From a virus, in IMG/VR virus record IMGVR_UViG_3300046170_000446, positions 41,118 through 105,117 of that record: 64,000 bases of DNA, one strand, 5' to 3'. The notes under the pieces were generated by a model. The model was not told where the DNA came from and did not search any database. It was given only the letters and a program-made list of their open reading frames with translations. A program made the translations under genes and the position numbers. The first letter of the stretch is position 1, and every line of letters starts with the position of its first letter. Shown here piece after piece: positions 38,767 to 48,502 of the stretch.

Positions 38767-39567
38767 TCACTGAGCCTTAGAGATTAGGCTAGAAAACAGC
38801 TCTGTGTAAGGGTCTTTAAAACTCTCTAGCTCATCGTTATCCCGTACCTTTTGCCAAAGCGCATCTGAGTCCAAACTCTCATCCCCATCCATATTCCAGT
38901 AATCTATGAGGATCTCTTGCCCTAAAGAAATGTCCTCAGTAGCTATGATCGCGACCTGCTTCCTTTTCGGGAATAGCTTAGCTAAAGCGTTCACTCCAGG
39001 TATGTCCTCAAGCTCAGGCTCAGCGCGGTTGCAGTTATAAAGCACTCCATTACCAAGAGGGATCGCCTTACGCGGAAATACCCAAGGATAGACGTAATCT
39101 ATTAGACCACCTTCTACCGTCATCATAAGATAGGCAGACTCCGCAGGAGATATCACTAAGACAGGGCATACCTCAACGATGCTTCCTTTAGGGATGCTTA
39201 AGTTGGCAAACACCCCTCTCCCCTTAAGTCTGTTCATGTAAGAGACTTGGGTCTTTTGGATAATGTAATCAGGCAAGTCCATTTGATCAAAACTAGACTC
39301 TTGTTTAACGCCTAAAAGGAAGTTTTCGAGCTTCTGTAAGAAAACACTCTGAAGATTATTAATGTGGCAAGTCCCTCGGTACATCTCGCCAGCGCCTAAG
39401 ACACCTGACGGGTAGGCAGAGCACATTACAAAGCTATACTCTCCACTCGATTTATAGCTCACAGTGCAATAAGTGTCTTTGAGCTCTAACTCACATCGGA
39501 GAAATTTGTCAGTAGACATCTCTCGGTTAACTTGAGCGTCCATCCCTTTTAAGAATACGGGTAACAT
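38767..39567 (-). CDS. SET-domain protein (putative lysine methyltransferase)
   Basis: KGRGVFA..IPKGSIVEVCPV, LGNGVLYN and ATEDISLGQEILIDY; the NHS motif appears as NCN. Confidence 0.8.
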   Translation of the reverse strand: MLPVFLKGMDAQVNREMSTDKFLRCELELKDTYCTVSYKSSGEYSFVMCSAYPSGVLGAGEMYRGTCHINNLQSVFLQKLENFLLGVKQESSFDQMDLPDYIIQKTQVSYMNRLKGRGVFANLSIPKGSIVEVCPVLVISPAESAYLMMTVEGGLIDYVYPWVFPRKAIPLGNGVLYNCNRAEPELEDIPGVNALAKLFPKRKQVAIIATEDISLGQEILIDYWNMDGDESLDSDALWQKVRDNDELESFKDPYTELFSSLISKAQ

Positions 39568-39580
39568 TAGAGACTCCTAA

Positions 39581-40546
39581 TCAGCTATTCGTGCCGTCAG
39601 TGTTGAATACCGCATCCCACCAACAGGCGATATCCCACTTGCCTTTGCCTGAGAAGTCTACATGATGGTGTCCCAAAATACCGCTATAATCGTTAAGAGC
39701 AAAGTCTTTATTGAGAACACCGTGGTGAACCTCGCCTTCCATATCCTCGCCATGCGATCCGCGAGGTGAGCGCATCGGAATGCAGAACAGCTCGCTTAGT
39801 CCTTCTACGAGGTGGCGGGTCGCTTCCGCGATCTTTGGGTCGAGGCTAAGAATATTCTTACGACCTACTGAAGTAGGGTTTTTAATCTTATGTATCTCGT
39901 ACCCTTCTTTAGACTGATAGTGGTCATACCAATCATGAGTAGGTTGCTGGCAGATGTCGATACCTATAGAGGTCTTGTTAATAGGCCCACCATGCCATGC
40001 GTTGTGCTCAAGATCGAGCCACTGATAGATTACAGCCTCACCGTCTTCGTTAAGACCGATACCAAAGTGTGAAGACGCATCTCTTGAAGTGAATACATTA
40101 TAGCAGTGCTTAGGATTAAGCCCTCCCCAATGGATAACAATGTTGCGGATTTCTTTGCCACTACGAGAAGAAAACTTACCGTAACGGTGAAGGTCGAGCC
40201 CTCTAGGGTCATCGAAAGGCGTGATCAGCGTCTCAGAGTTAATGTTGAGGCGCTGGCCTCCATATACAACATAATTGTCTGTAATCGGGTCATATGTCTT
40301 AAGCATATGAGTCCACGTTTGCCGACCAAAGTAGCCGTCTACGCTACCACTGTCAAAATGATCTGTTTGGTACTGGATGATACCTTCAAGAAATTCAACG
40401 CTGTCGGCGCTATATGCCAAGTTAGGGTAGGCTGAGATCGCCCCTTCAGGGATAACCTTATCGCCCAAACCAAACCTCGCGTACATCTTAGCATTAAACT
40501 TTTTCGCTTTAGATGCATTAATATTACTTCTGAACAAGTCACTCAT
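39581..40546 (-). CDS. Endolysin: PG-binding domain plus N-acetylmuramoyl-L-alanine amidase (Amidase_2)
   Basis: VDGYFGRQTW, IVIHW, SSHFGI, AWHGG..N..SIGIDI, GHHH and KWD. Confidence 0.85.
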   Translation of the reverse strand: MSDLFRSNINASKAKKFNAKMYARFGLGDKVIPEGAISAYPNLAYSADSVEFLEGIIQYQTDHFDSGSVDGYFGRQTWTHMLKTYDPITDNYVVYGGQRLNINSETLITPFDDPRGLDLHRYGKFSSRSGKEIRNIVIHWGGLNPKHCYNVFTSRDASSHFGIGLNEDGEAVIYQWLDLEHNAWHGGPINKTSIGIDICQQPTHDWYDHYQSKEGYEIHKIKNPTSVGRKNILSLDPKIAEATRHLVEGLSELFCIPMRSPRGSHGEDMEGEVHHGVLNKDFALNDYSGILGHHHVDFSGKGKWDIACWWDAVFNTDGTNS

Positions 40547-40599
40547 TGTGCTCACCTTCCTGCTGTGTTTACAGGCGAGCATTTATTTAAGGACTATGA

Positions 40600-41025
40600 C
40601 TAAGCGTGGATAAACGTCAAATCCTCGCCAAACTCTCTCTTAAGTCTAATGTTGAGTTGGCGCAAGCAAGAGCGAACCTCTCCTGATGGATGCTTCAGGG
40701 CAGGGTTTCTTTGGACTTTACCGAAGCTCAGTTGGAGAGCCACTTTAGTGCCGACCACTTGATCGTTAGTGGCTCTTACCTTTGATGTAAAGGCGTATTC
40801 GTTCTCTAGGGTGTTTACGATGTTCATCACTCTGCGAGCGTTTTGAGTGTAATAGTAAACGTCAATGACCATCTCCCCATCCATCCTCTCATAAGAGGTG
40901 ACAGATACTGCGTCAGCGACATCGTAACCTGCTTGCTGGTTGATTTCTTCGCGTGAGTAGTTTTTTTTGTGTGCCGAAGCTACACGATTAAGCCTGCGTT
41001 GCAGGTTCTCGATAGGATCTCTCAT
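40600..41025 (-). CDS. Hypothetical, putative virion cargo
   Basis: AAGGAGG SD; leader MRDPIENLQRRLNRVAS. Confidence 0.65.
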   Translation of the reverse strand: MRDPIENLQRRLNRVASAHKKNYSREEINQQAGYDVADAVSVTSYERMDGEMVIDVYYYTQNARRVMNIVNTLENEYAFTSKVRATNDQVVGTKVALQLSFGKVQRNPALKHPSGEVRSCLRQLNIRLKREFGEDLTFIHA

Positions 41026-41093
41026 TTTGACCTCCTTATGAGTAGTTACACTCCGATGGGGAAGATAAAGAGCATATTGATTTTTAAGCCTCC

Positions 41094-41712
41094 CTAGCCC
41101 CTTTCCTCGTACAGTTTAGAAGCAAGCGTCTCTAGTGAGGAAATAATGTCAATCAATCTCTCAGGAGAGCGGGCGCTGACTTTACCGACAGCTAGGGGAT
41201 TAACAAAAACGCGGTTTTCTTCAGGCGTTAAAAAAGTGAGGGCGATTGAGCCTAAGTTAAGTGCCAACTGCCCATGCTTCCTTGTCGCATACCCTGCATT
41301 TTGACCGTATCTACTAAATAGGAGCGCACTGAAAACCCCCCCTGGCATTTAACCCTTCAACTTCTTTTTGCCTACGCCCTAAAGACATCTCTACCTCTCC
41401 GCCTCCTACAGATTTGAGGAGTCGGTTTAGGGCATCTAAGTTGTCCATTAAACTGTTAAAATTAGATGTGGAGAACGGCTTAAGGCTGAGCTTAGCTACG
41501 AATGACCCACTTTCTTTAACTACTGAAAATTGGAACAAAGGGTGTCGGATAAAAACCGCTACCTTTGGAGGTCTTCCCTTTTGCTCATAAACATTAGCGT
41601 GGCTAAACTTGTCCTCTGCTAAAGTTAAAAACTTGCCCATAGACAAGTACCTGTCTTCTAAGTGCGCCAGCTTCATTTGGAGAGAGTGGACTTTTGCGTT
41701 GAGGTCTTTCAA
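41094..41712 (-). CDS. Hypothetical, putative virion cargo (about 205 aa); +1 insertion in C7 at 41336-41342
   Basis: Leader MKDLNAKVHSLQMKLAHLE. One-base removal joins 41314-41712 and 41094-41348. Confidence 0.55.
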
Positions 41713-41765
41713 GACAATGCCTTCCTTACATAAGTGTGTATACGCCCATGTAATATATAAGGCTA

Positions 41766-42380
41766 TTAGTCTTCCTCAGCCCCCAAAGTTTCTGAGTCAC
41801 TTTCCTCAACGACCTCTTCCTCAGCCTCCAAAGGCTCTGAGTCATCTCCCTCGATGAGCTCTACTTCAGCCTCTTCTTTTGAAGCGAGATACTCCTCAAA
41901 CCCAAAACGGTCGTTTATAAAGTCCCACACTTTGCTGTTCTGAGGCTCATACAGGTCATTACCAAGCTCATGGTAAGCCTCCGTGAAAGATTGAAAAGTG
42001 AGCTCGTCGCTGACACTGAGCCAGTGAGACACATTCTTAGCTTCATTAGAGATGTCTTGGATCGGTGTGTTTTGATACTTTACAGCATACACAGCACAAG
42101 CCTCATCCTTGTCAATCGCCACACCCTCTTCACCATAAATCCCAGCGAACAGAGGCGACCACACACCCGTGGAGTAATCTGAGTGCAGGTAGTTGGCTAC
42201 GTGGCAACGCCAAAAGTCTACTTGTGGTAACATTAGATCTCTCATTTGAGACATTAAGTCCCTGGCGATCTTATTTCGATTGCGCACTTTTCGACCGAGT
42301 TTTGATTGTGCTTTACGAGCACCTCTCTTACGTTGGTTACGTAGCTCTGAAGCTCTCTTCTTATGACTCTTCTTCTTCAT
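41766..42380 (-). CDS. Hypothetical protein with basic N-terminus and acidic C-terminus
   Basis: 204 aa ORF, divergent from the groEL-like gene. Confidence 0.65.
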   Translation of the reverse strand: MKKKSHKKRASELRNQRKRGARKAQSKLGRKVRNRNKIARDLMSQMRDLMLPQVDFWRCHVANYLHSDYSTGVWSPLFAGIYGEEGVAIDKDEACAVYAVKYQNTPIQDISNEAKNVSHWLSVSDELTFQSFTEAYHELGNDLYEPQNSKVWDFINDRFGFEEYLASKEEAEVELIEGDDSEPLEAEEEVVEESDSETLGAEED

Positions 42381-42395
42381 GTAGGTTTAACCCTT

Positions 42396-43763
42396 ATGGC
42401 GATATTCGACAACCCCTCAAGAGAAATACTCAAAGGCGCGGAAGTAGTGGCTAAACTTATATCTCTTTCTTATGGGGCGCAACAAAATAATATCCTCTTA
42501 CAGCGCCGATCAGGGCTCACACACACTTTCTCAGCCCTCGCCATTTGTAATGAGGTCAGACTCGAAAACTCGTTGATGGAGATCGGAGTCCGTTTGATGA
42601 GAGACGTGTGTTTGAAGATGGACTCTAATCACGGAGACGGCGCTTCAACTGCGATCCTCATGGCTTACCGAGGCATGGCGGAGAGCACTCGTCTAATGGG
42701 AGACGTTGCAATCAAGCATGAAGAAGTCGAGGCTTCTATCCGATGCCTCAAGAGCACCGCTAATGTTAAGGACTTGCTTAATGTAGTATCTGAGCCTGAG
42801 GCAACACCTTTATTATTAGAGGCTCTGCAAGAAATAGGTGAGGACGGGACTATCCTTATTCAAGACGGGCAAAAGGTAGAGGCGACGCTAGAGTTTAAAG
42901 AGGGTATGCCAGCCCCCTTCAAGCGCCCTAATACGAAGTTTAAAGATGAGATGCTTGAGGGAGCTATGGTTGCGGTCTTTAACTACCCTCTCTGTGACGA
43001 GAGGGACATCGTGCCTGTACTTGAGGAGAGTAGCCAATGGCCTGACAACCCCTTGATCATATTTACTCCCTACATAGTGGGAGATGCGCTCAGGATATGC
43101 TTGTCTAATCAAGACAGTATTCCTAACATTGCGCTTGTCCCTGCTAAGGTTAAGCCTAATCAGGTAGAGTCTCACCTAAAAGACCTTGCGTCATGCGCCA
43201 ACGGGTCTTTTATTTGCAGAAACCACATGGACACCAAACAGTTTGACCCTTCGTGGTTTGGTTTCTTCCGTAAAATAGACTTCAAAGAAGACTCCCTTGA
43301 GATTACGTTTTACAATGAAGAGGAATACGTCGAAGCGAGAGACAAGCGCATCTCAGAGCTAGAGGGTGAGCTGGTCATAGCACCTACTAACTACGATCAG
43401 AGAGAGATTAGGAAACGTATCTCATATCTTGACGAGGGAGTTGCGGTAATAGGTGTCGGCGGGCATACCGAGTTAGAGAGGAAAGTTAACCGAGCTAAAT
43501 ACGAGAAATGGGTGCTCACAGCTCAATCTGCTTCAGGCGGGGTGGTCGGTGATATTAAAAGCTCCCTACAAACTCTCTCAGAAGACTGTTTAAACGTAAC
43601 ATTAAAGAAAATGCTCTTAGAGCCTTCTAAACTCCTAGAGGGCGGTCAGAACCCTCTAAGTTTGAGCGCACTAAGTGATGCGATTAGAGTCTCTGCATCA
43701 GTCGTCAACGAGTACGCTAAAATCAAAAAAGCGGTCACTATTCCCGCTCGAAAGGGTAAATGA
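42396..43763 (+). CDS. Highly divergent GroEL-like chaperonin
   Basis: LENSLMEIGVRLM, HGDGASTA, IGEDGTI, LEFKEGM, YDQREIRKRISYLDEGVAVIGVGGHTELE. Confidence 0.8.
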   Translation: MAIFDNPSREILKGAEVVAKLISLSYGAQQNNILLQRRSGLTHTFSALAICNEVRLENSLMEIGVRLMRDVCLKMDSNHGDGASTAILMAYRGMAESTRLMGDVAIKHEEVEASIRCLKSTANVKDLLNVVSEPEATPLLLEALQEIGEDGTILIQDGQKVEATLEFKEGMPAPFKRPNTKFKDEMLEGAMVAVFNYPLCDERDIVPVLEESSQWPDNPLIIFTPYIVGDALRICLSNQDSIPNIALVPAKVKPNQVESHLKDLASCANGSFICRNHMDTKQFDPSWFGFFRKIDFKEDSLEITFYNEEEYVEARDKRISELEGELVIAPTNYDQREIRKRISYLDEGVAVIGVGGHTELERKVNRAKYEKWVLTAQSASGGVVGDIKSSLQTLSEDCLNVTLKKMLLEPSKLLEGGQNPLSLSALSDAIRVSASVVNEYAKIKKAVTIPARKGK

Positions 43764-43764
43764 T

Positions 43765-44106
43765 ATGTCCGATACGGATAGAGATAAAGCTCTTAGGCTC
43801 ATTGAAGCTGTCGGAGTTTTCACAACACTTATTATTGCTAGTAGGGTCATCCCTGAAGAAGAAATGCCTAAAGCAGTCCTAGACTGCGCTTACCTGCTTC
43901 AAGTCATAGACTTAATGCTCACAGGAGACACCCATGAGAGAGACATCACAAAAGACCTTACGTGGGTGTATCAGGCTCTCAACAAGAGGGTTAAGATACC
44001 TTTATCAAGCTCTAGTAGCTATTTAATAGTAGACTTAAACAAGGAAAAGACCATTGATTTTATTGGAAGTGTTAAAGATGTGTGGGAAAAAACTAAAGAG
44101 TTGTAA
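43765..44106 (+). CDS. Hypothetical protein
   Basis: ATG immediately after the groEL-like stop. Confidence 0.55.
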   Translation: MSDTDRDKALRLIEAVGVFTTLIIASRVIPEEEMPKAVLDCAYLLQVIDLMLTGDTHERDITKDLTWVYQALNKRVKIPLSSSSSYLIVDLNKEKTIDFIGSVKDVWEKTKEL

Positions 44107-44265
44107 AAAAACCGACAAGGTTAAAAGTATTATGCTGTTTTCATGGGCAAAAGCGGCTCGTGACTTTAAAAGGTCTATCTCCGATGGTGCTAGTAAAGAA
44201 GACCTCTACCGAGAAGCGTATTGGAGAGGAGTGCAGGACGCGCTCTCTCTTAGTGAGTCAAAGTC

Positions 44266-44698
44266 TTGCGAGTAAGGTCTTTTAGCGTCAACGATCCGCA
44301 TTGGGGGCGCTTTAAGTTAGTTATCCCTAAGCACACAGAAGAAGGCGGTGCTTGGGGCGACCTTTACCCTTTAAAGGACACTGAGTTAGGGGCTTTAATA
44401 CGAGAGCATCCTCAAGATATTATTGAGAAGGCTCATTTCGGCTTCGCTAGTCCTTTGCTTGAGAGATTAGGCAGACCGCCTACGGCTTACGGTAAAGGGC
44501 TCTCTCAGCCTTACTTGTGCAATATGCACACCTCCTGCCTGTCTTATGACAAGAAGAAATGCCGTATCGTTAAAGGCACTCCTGATTGCTATGAAGCGCC
44601 TCCCCAGGGTCGGTGCTTCTGAGGCTTATCAATCCTGTGCAACCTTCGTCATTAACAAGTGGGCTGAGGGCTCTTACGTCATAGTTGTCAAAGATTAA
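44266..44698 (+). CDS. Cys-containing hypothetical protein; probable +1 insertion at 44602-44609
   Basis: One-base removal extends CYEAPP into VGASEAYQSCATFVINKWAEGSYVIVVKD; start uncertain. Confidence 0.5.
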
Positions 44699-44755
44699 GA
44701 GAGGTTTTCTGATTATATCTCCGTAACTGTAGTGCCAAGACTACAGGAGGTAAAA

Positions 44756-44950
44756 ATGGAAAACCGAAACGCTAGGGAATGTGCTGTTTTCTTTCTTGAG
44801 CTTGCGCTAGAGCTTTTAAGAGAGGGGCGCGGAGGCTCTCAAGTTAGAAGAGTTGTCCGTAATGCTTACGTATATCTTCAAGACTGCGCACCTAAAATCG
44901 AAGGCGACCTTGAGAGGCTGTACGTCACCGATAATTTTGAGGCAGATTGA
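44756..44950 (+). CDS. Small hypothetical protein
   Basis: AGGAGG SD before MENRNARE. Confidence 0.55.
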   Translation: MENRNARECAVFFLELALELLREGRGGSQVRRVVRNAYVYLQDCAPKIEGDLERLYVTDNFEAD

Positions 44951-45004
44951 CCAGCGCATAGTGTATTAAAGGCATACCCACATCACCTATGAAGGGAGTG
45001 CCTT

Positions 45005-47746
45005 TTGTCTGTCTTAGACTTTTTGGAGAACGTAAATAAGATCGAGCTCGACCTCCATCCTTGGATGAAAGAGAAAGAGTTCGTGCTCGCCACTGACGAG
45101 AATATGCCTCAAATCATTGACGAGTGTATTGAGTCAAAGCTCTATTCTCTCGACCTTGAAACCACAGGACTTAATAATAACGTCTTTGACGGAGAGACTG
45201 TCGATAAGATTGTCGGCGCTTGCATCTCTGCCGATGGCCATACGGGCTACTACATTCCTTTAAGGCATAAAGTAAACCGAGAGTCGAACGTGTCATGGAG
45301 CCTCTTTAAACGAGAGATGGTCAGGTTGGTAGAGAGTGATGCAGTCGCGATCTTCCACAACGGGAAGTTTGATCAGGAGTTTTTACAGTTTTGCGGAGGC
45401 GAACCTATCGGTGAGTGGGATAACTCTAAGAAATGGCACGACACCCTAATCATTCAGTACCTCCTCGACTCTCGGACAAAAAATAAAAGCCTAAAGGTGC
45501 TCTCAAAGCTAGAGCTTGGGATGGAGATGTTCGAGCTAGGTGAGCTATACCCAAAGCCAAGAAGAGGTGAGCCTAAGCCCGTTAAGGACTTCTCTAAGCT
45601 CGATCCTCAAGATCGTAATACCCTCTACTACGCTGGTGCTGACGCAATCTGCACTTTCTTACTCTTTAAGAAGCTCTACGCTAGGCTTACCGAGTCGGAC
45701 ACCCCTCAAAAGTTTATCTATCAGCTAGAGAAAGATGTGATCACAGCAACAAGGTGGATGGAGCGCAACCGTATAATGATCTCAGAGGAGAAAGTCACTG
45801 AGCTTATACGGCTAGGGCAGAGGGAGTGGCTTAACAGCATTACAGAGCTTTACGAGGGTGCTAACGATCTCTTGGGTCGCGACGTAAGGGCTGGATACAT
45901 TAAGCTCTTACAAGGCGAGACTCCTGATGGTCGGAGAAGAGGAGTTAATCCTAGGGTAGATTTCAGCTTCGACCCTGAAGATGTAGGGCTCACTTTAAAG
46001 AAGAAACTTGAGCTAGCTAGAGGTGAAAGCTCTGCCTGTCTTTTAGACCCAATGCTTAAGGTTGACGGCAAGTATAAAGTTGAAACCGTTATGAAGCGCG
46101 TGTCCTCGCTCACTCAAAGAGGCGCTATGGTCGATAAAGACTTCCCTCTTGTTTATGATCTAAACAGCGCAGAGCAGTTGGGACTCATGCTCCATGAGCT
46201 AGGAGTTAAGGGCTTACAGGTGACTGAAAAGTCAGGTCAGATTAAAACCTCAAAGGATGAGATTAACGCTGTGCTAGAGAAGGGGCTTAAAGACTTCCCT
46301 TTCCTCTCTAAGATTAAAAACTTTAGAGAGGTATCGAAAGCATTAGGCACGTATCTCATGGCGCTCTACAACGACCGCCACCCCGATGGGTCTGTAACCG
46401 CTAACTTCAACTCTACCCGCGCAGATACAGGGCGCTTTACAGCCAAGTCATCGAAAGACCCTTCTCAAGACGGGCGCACTACTTTCCCGTTTCACGGAAC
46501 ACCTGCGCAATACAAGAAAGATATACCTGAATGTCTTAAGCGTATCCGCGAATGCATCATAGCCCGCGAAGGTAAGATTATGGCGGCTATTGACTACGCA
46601 GGTGTCGAGCTCCGTATCGTAACTAATATCTCACATGAGCCTAAATGGTTGCGAGAATACTTTAGGTGTTCTTCATGCGATAACACCTTTGAAGCTGGTG
46701 ATGGGAAGAGCACCCCTGAAGAGCCTCCTGCGTTTTGCCCTGAATGCGGTAGCGATAAGATTGGCGATCTCCACACTCTAACCTCTATCGCCTTGTACGG
46801 CGAGACTGACGGTAAGCGTAAAGATAAGCGCCAAGTCGCTAAGTCAGTCAACTTTGCTCTTTGCTATGGAGGGAGCGGTAAAGCTGTAACGAGAACCACG
46901 GGCGTTGAAGAAAACGAGGGGGCTCGTATCAAAAACCAGTTCGACTCCACTTATAAGACCTTAAAAGGTTGGTGGGACGTGCAGAGAGCTTTCGCTCGTA
47001 AGACAGGATATGTCTTAACACCTTTCGGTCGTAAGTATCCTGTACCTGACATCCTCTTACCCAGGCGGGATAAAGAGACAGGGCGCAGTAATGGAATGTT
47101 CATTAGCAAAGCGGAGCGCAACGCAGTTAACGGCCCGATACAAGGTGCTTCGGCTGACATTACCAAAATCGCTATGGCGCTCATTTATAAGAAAGTCAAA
47201 GCTAAAGGATGGTTCGGCAAGCTCAATATGCTCATCACCATGCACGATGAGCTTGTCTTTGAGATCGACAAGGATATTTTGCAAGAAGCACTCGACATGA
47301 TCTCCAAAGCGATGGTGCGAAACAAAGCTATTATAGCGCTAAAGTGGGACGTTCCGCTAAAGGTGGACGTGGAGCTAGGTGTCGATTGGACAGCGCCTTG
47401 GAACGTATCTGAGTATCAATATGGTATGGCTGAAGCACCTGCTGAGATTAAGCCATACATTAACCTTGAGGGTGTTGAGATTAAGACACAGGCTGAAGAG
47501 CCTGAAGCACCAAAACAAGAAACAGAGATTTACACGTTGAGCTTAAAGGAAGCAGATTTTTCTTTTGGCGGTGCTAACAAGCTCGCTGAGAGTCTAATCT
47601 CAGCACTTGATCAAAACGGCTCTCCCGTGAAAGTGCTTTACAAAGAGGTTGATTGCACCGCGTTGCTACTTGACGTTATTAGAGGGAACGGACATTCTCT
47701 AGACTCGATTAAGGTTGACCCTAACAAGTTTGTAATGTCTCCGTGA
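45005..47746 (+). CDS. polA: Family A DNA polymerase with 3'-5' exonuclease
   Basis: Exo motifs DLETTG, HNGKFD and YAGAD. Polymerase motifs TGRF, DYAGVELR (A), RQVAKSVNFALCYG (B), NGPIQGASAD and MHDEL (C). Confidence 0.93.
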   Translation: MSVLDFLENVNKIELDLHPWMKEKEFVLATDENMPQIIDECIESKLYSLDLETTGLNNNVFDGETVDKIVGACISADGHTGYYIPLRHKVNRESNVSWSLFKREMVRLVESDAVAIFHNGKFDQEFLQFCGGEPIGEWDNSKKWHDTLIIQYLLDSRTKNKSLKVLSKLELGMEMFELGELYPKPRRGEPKPVKDFSKLDPQDRNTLYYAGADAICTFLLFKKLYARLTESDTPQKFIYQLEKDVITATRWMERNRIMISEEKVTELIRLGQREWLNSITELYEGANDLLGRDVRAGYIKLLQGETPDGRRRGVNPRVDFSFDPEDVGLTLKKKLELARGESSACLLDPMLKVDGKYKVETVMKRVSSLTQRGAMVDKDFPLVYDLNSAEQLGLMLHELGVKGLQVTEKSGQIKTSKDEINAVLEKGLKDFPFLSKIKNFREVSKALGTYLMALYNDRHPDGSVTANFNSTRADTGRFTAKSSKDPSQDGRTTFPFHGTPAQYKKDIPECLKRIRECIIAREGKIMAAIDYAGVELRIVTNISHEPKWLREYFRCSSCDNTFEAGDGKSTPEEPPAFCPECGSDKIGDLHTLTSIALYGETDGKRKDKRQVAKSVNFALCYGGSGKAVTRTTGVEENEGARIKNQFDSTYKTLKGWWDVQRAFARKTGYVLTPFGRKYPVPDILLPRRDKETGRSNGMFISKAERNAVNGPIQGASADITKIAMALIYKKVKAKGWFGKLNMLITMHDELVFEIDKDILQEALDMISKAMVRNKAIIALKWDVPLKVDVELGVDWTAPWNVSEYQYGMAEAPAEIKPYINLEGVEIKTQAEEPEAPKQETEIYTLSLKEADFSFGGANKLAESLISALDQNGSPVKVLYKEVDCTALLLDVIRGNGHSLDSIKVDPNKFVMSP

Positions 47747-47756
47747 AAGCCCTAAT

Positions 47757-48452
47757 ATGAAAACAGATTATCTCTCGCAGTGTAATGACCAAGGACTCTC
47801 TGAAAAGGATTTTAAGACTCTCTTTTGTCGGAGGTGTCGTAACCAGTCTTGTAACCTCTCAAGATGGGGGGAGAGCAGATGGAAGAGTCGTATGGACACC
47901 CAAGTAGAGCACTTGCTAGAGCGCCCTCTGTTCGCTGATCCTAACGACTCTAACTTCGAGAGCCTCAGACGTATAGAATTTGAGTCTCTGCTTCACAAAG
48001 CCGAGGCTCTTATCGTTTCTGACCTAAAAGGGGATTGGGATGTGCCTGCTTACTTCAAAACAGAGCAAGTACATCTCGCGGAGGTCGCTCCTCAAGAGAC
48101 AAAAGAAGGCTCGCTCTCTAAAGTAGAGGAAGCTCTTAGGGCAATGCGCAATAAAGGCTCTAACATTATAGACAAGAAACCTGAGCCCATACCACCTCCT
48201 TCGATAGACGAGGGCGAGATCGAAGAAGAGCCTAATGTCGAGCCTCAACCTGAGCGCGAAGAGCCTCCTATAGCAGTAGCGCCCGCGCCCATACCAGCGC
48301 CCGTACCCGCGAGCCCCCCCGCGCCTGCGCAAGCGAGTAAGAGAAAAGGTCTAATGATCGGCGGAGGTCAAGAGTCATCTCCTCCTCAAAACGATTGGGG
48401 AGTGCCTCAAGAGAAAGTCGTAAAATTCGGCGCTAAGATAAAGTTTAGCTAA
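47757..48452 (+). CDS. Hypothetical protein with an N-terminal Cys cluster and Pro-rich tail
   Basis: C..FCRRCRNQSC; located directly after the polymerase. Confidence 0.65.
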   Translation: MKTDYLSQCNDQGLSEKDFKTLFCRRCRNQSCNLSRWGESRWKSRMDTQVEHLLERPLFADPNDSNFESLRRIEFESLLHKAEALIVSDLKGDWDVPAYFKTEQVHLAEVAPQETKEGSLSKVEEALRAMRNKGSNIIDKKPEPIPPPSIDEGEIEEEPNVEPQPEREEPPIAVAPAPIPAPVPASPPAPAQASKRKGLMIGGGQESSPPQNDWGVPQEKVVKFGAKIKFS

Positions 48453-48502
48453 GTATCTTGTGGGATAGGGTATATGAGGTAACCGCAGGAAAGGAGCAAA
48501 CG

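Noticed and set aside
41330-41345. -1 slippery heptamer G GGT TTT
   Set aside because: The long downstream ORF is in the +1 frame, and the -1 frame closes after under 30 codons.
44054-44275. Short ORF between the groEL-downstream genes
   Set aside because: May be real from ATG 44132 but overlaps neighbours and has no recognisable motif; not supportable.
14367-47746. Inteins or introns in recA, recD2, nrdA, nrdB or polA
   Set aside because: Motif spacing is continuous with no C...HN intein termini or LAGLIDADG blocks, and the polymerase inserts are short.
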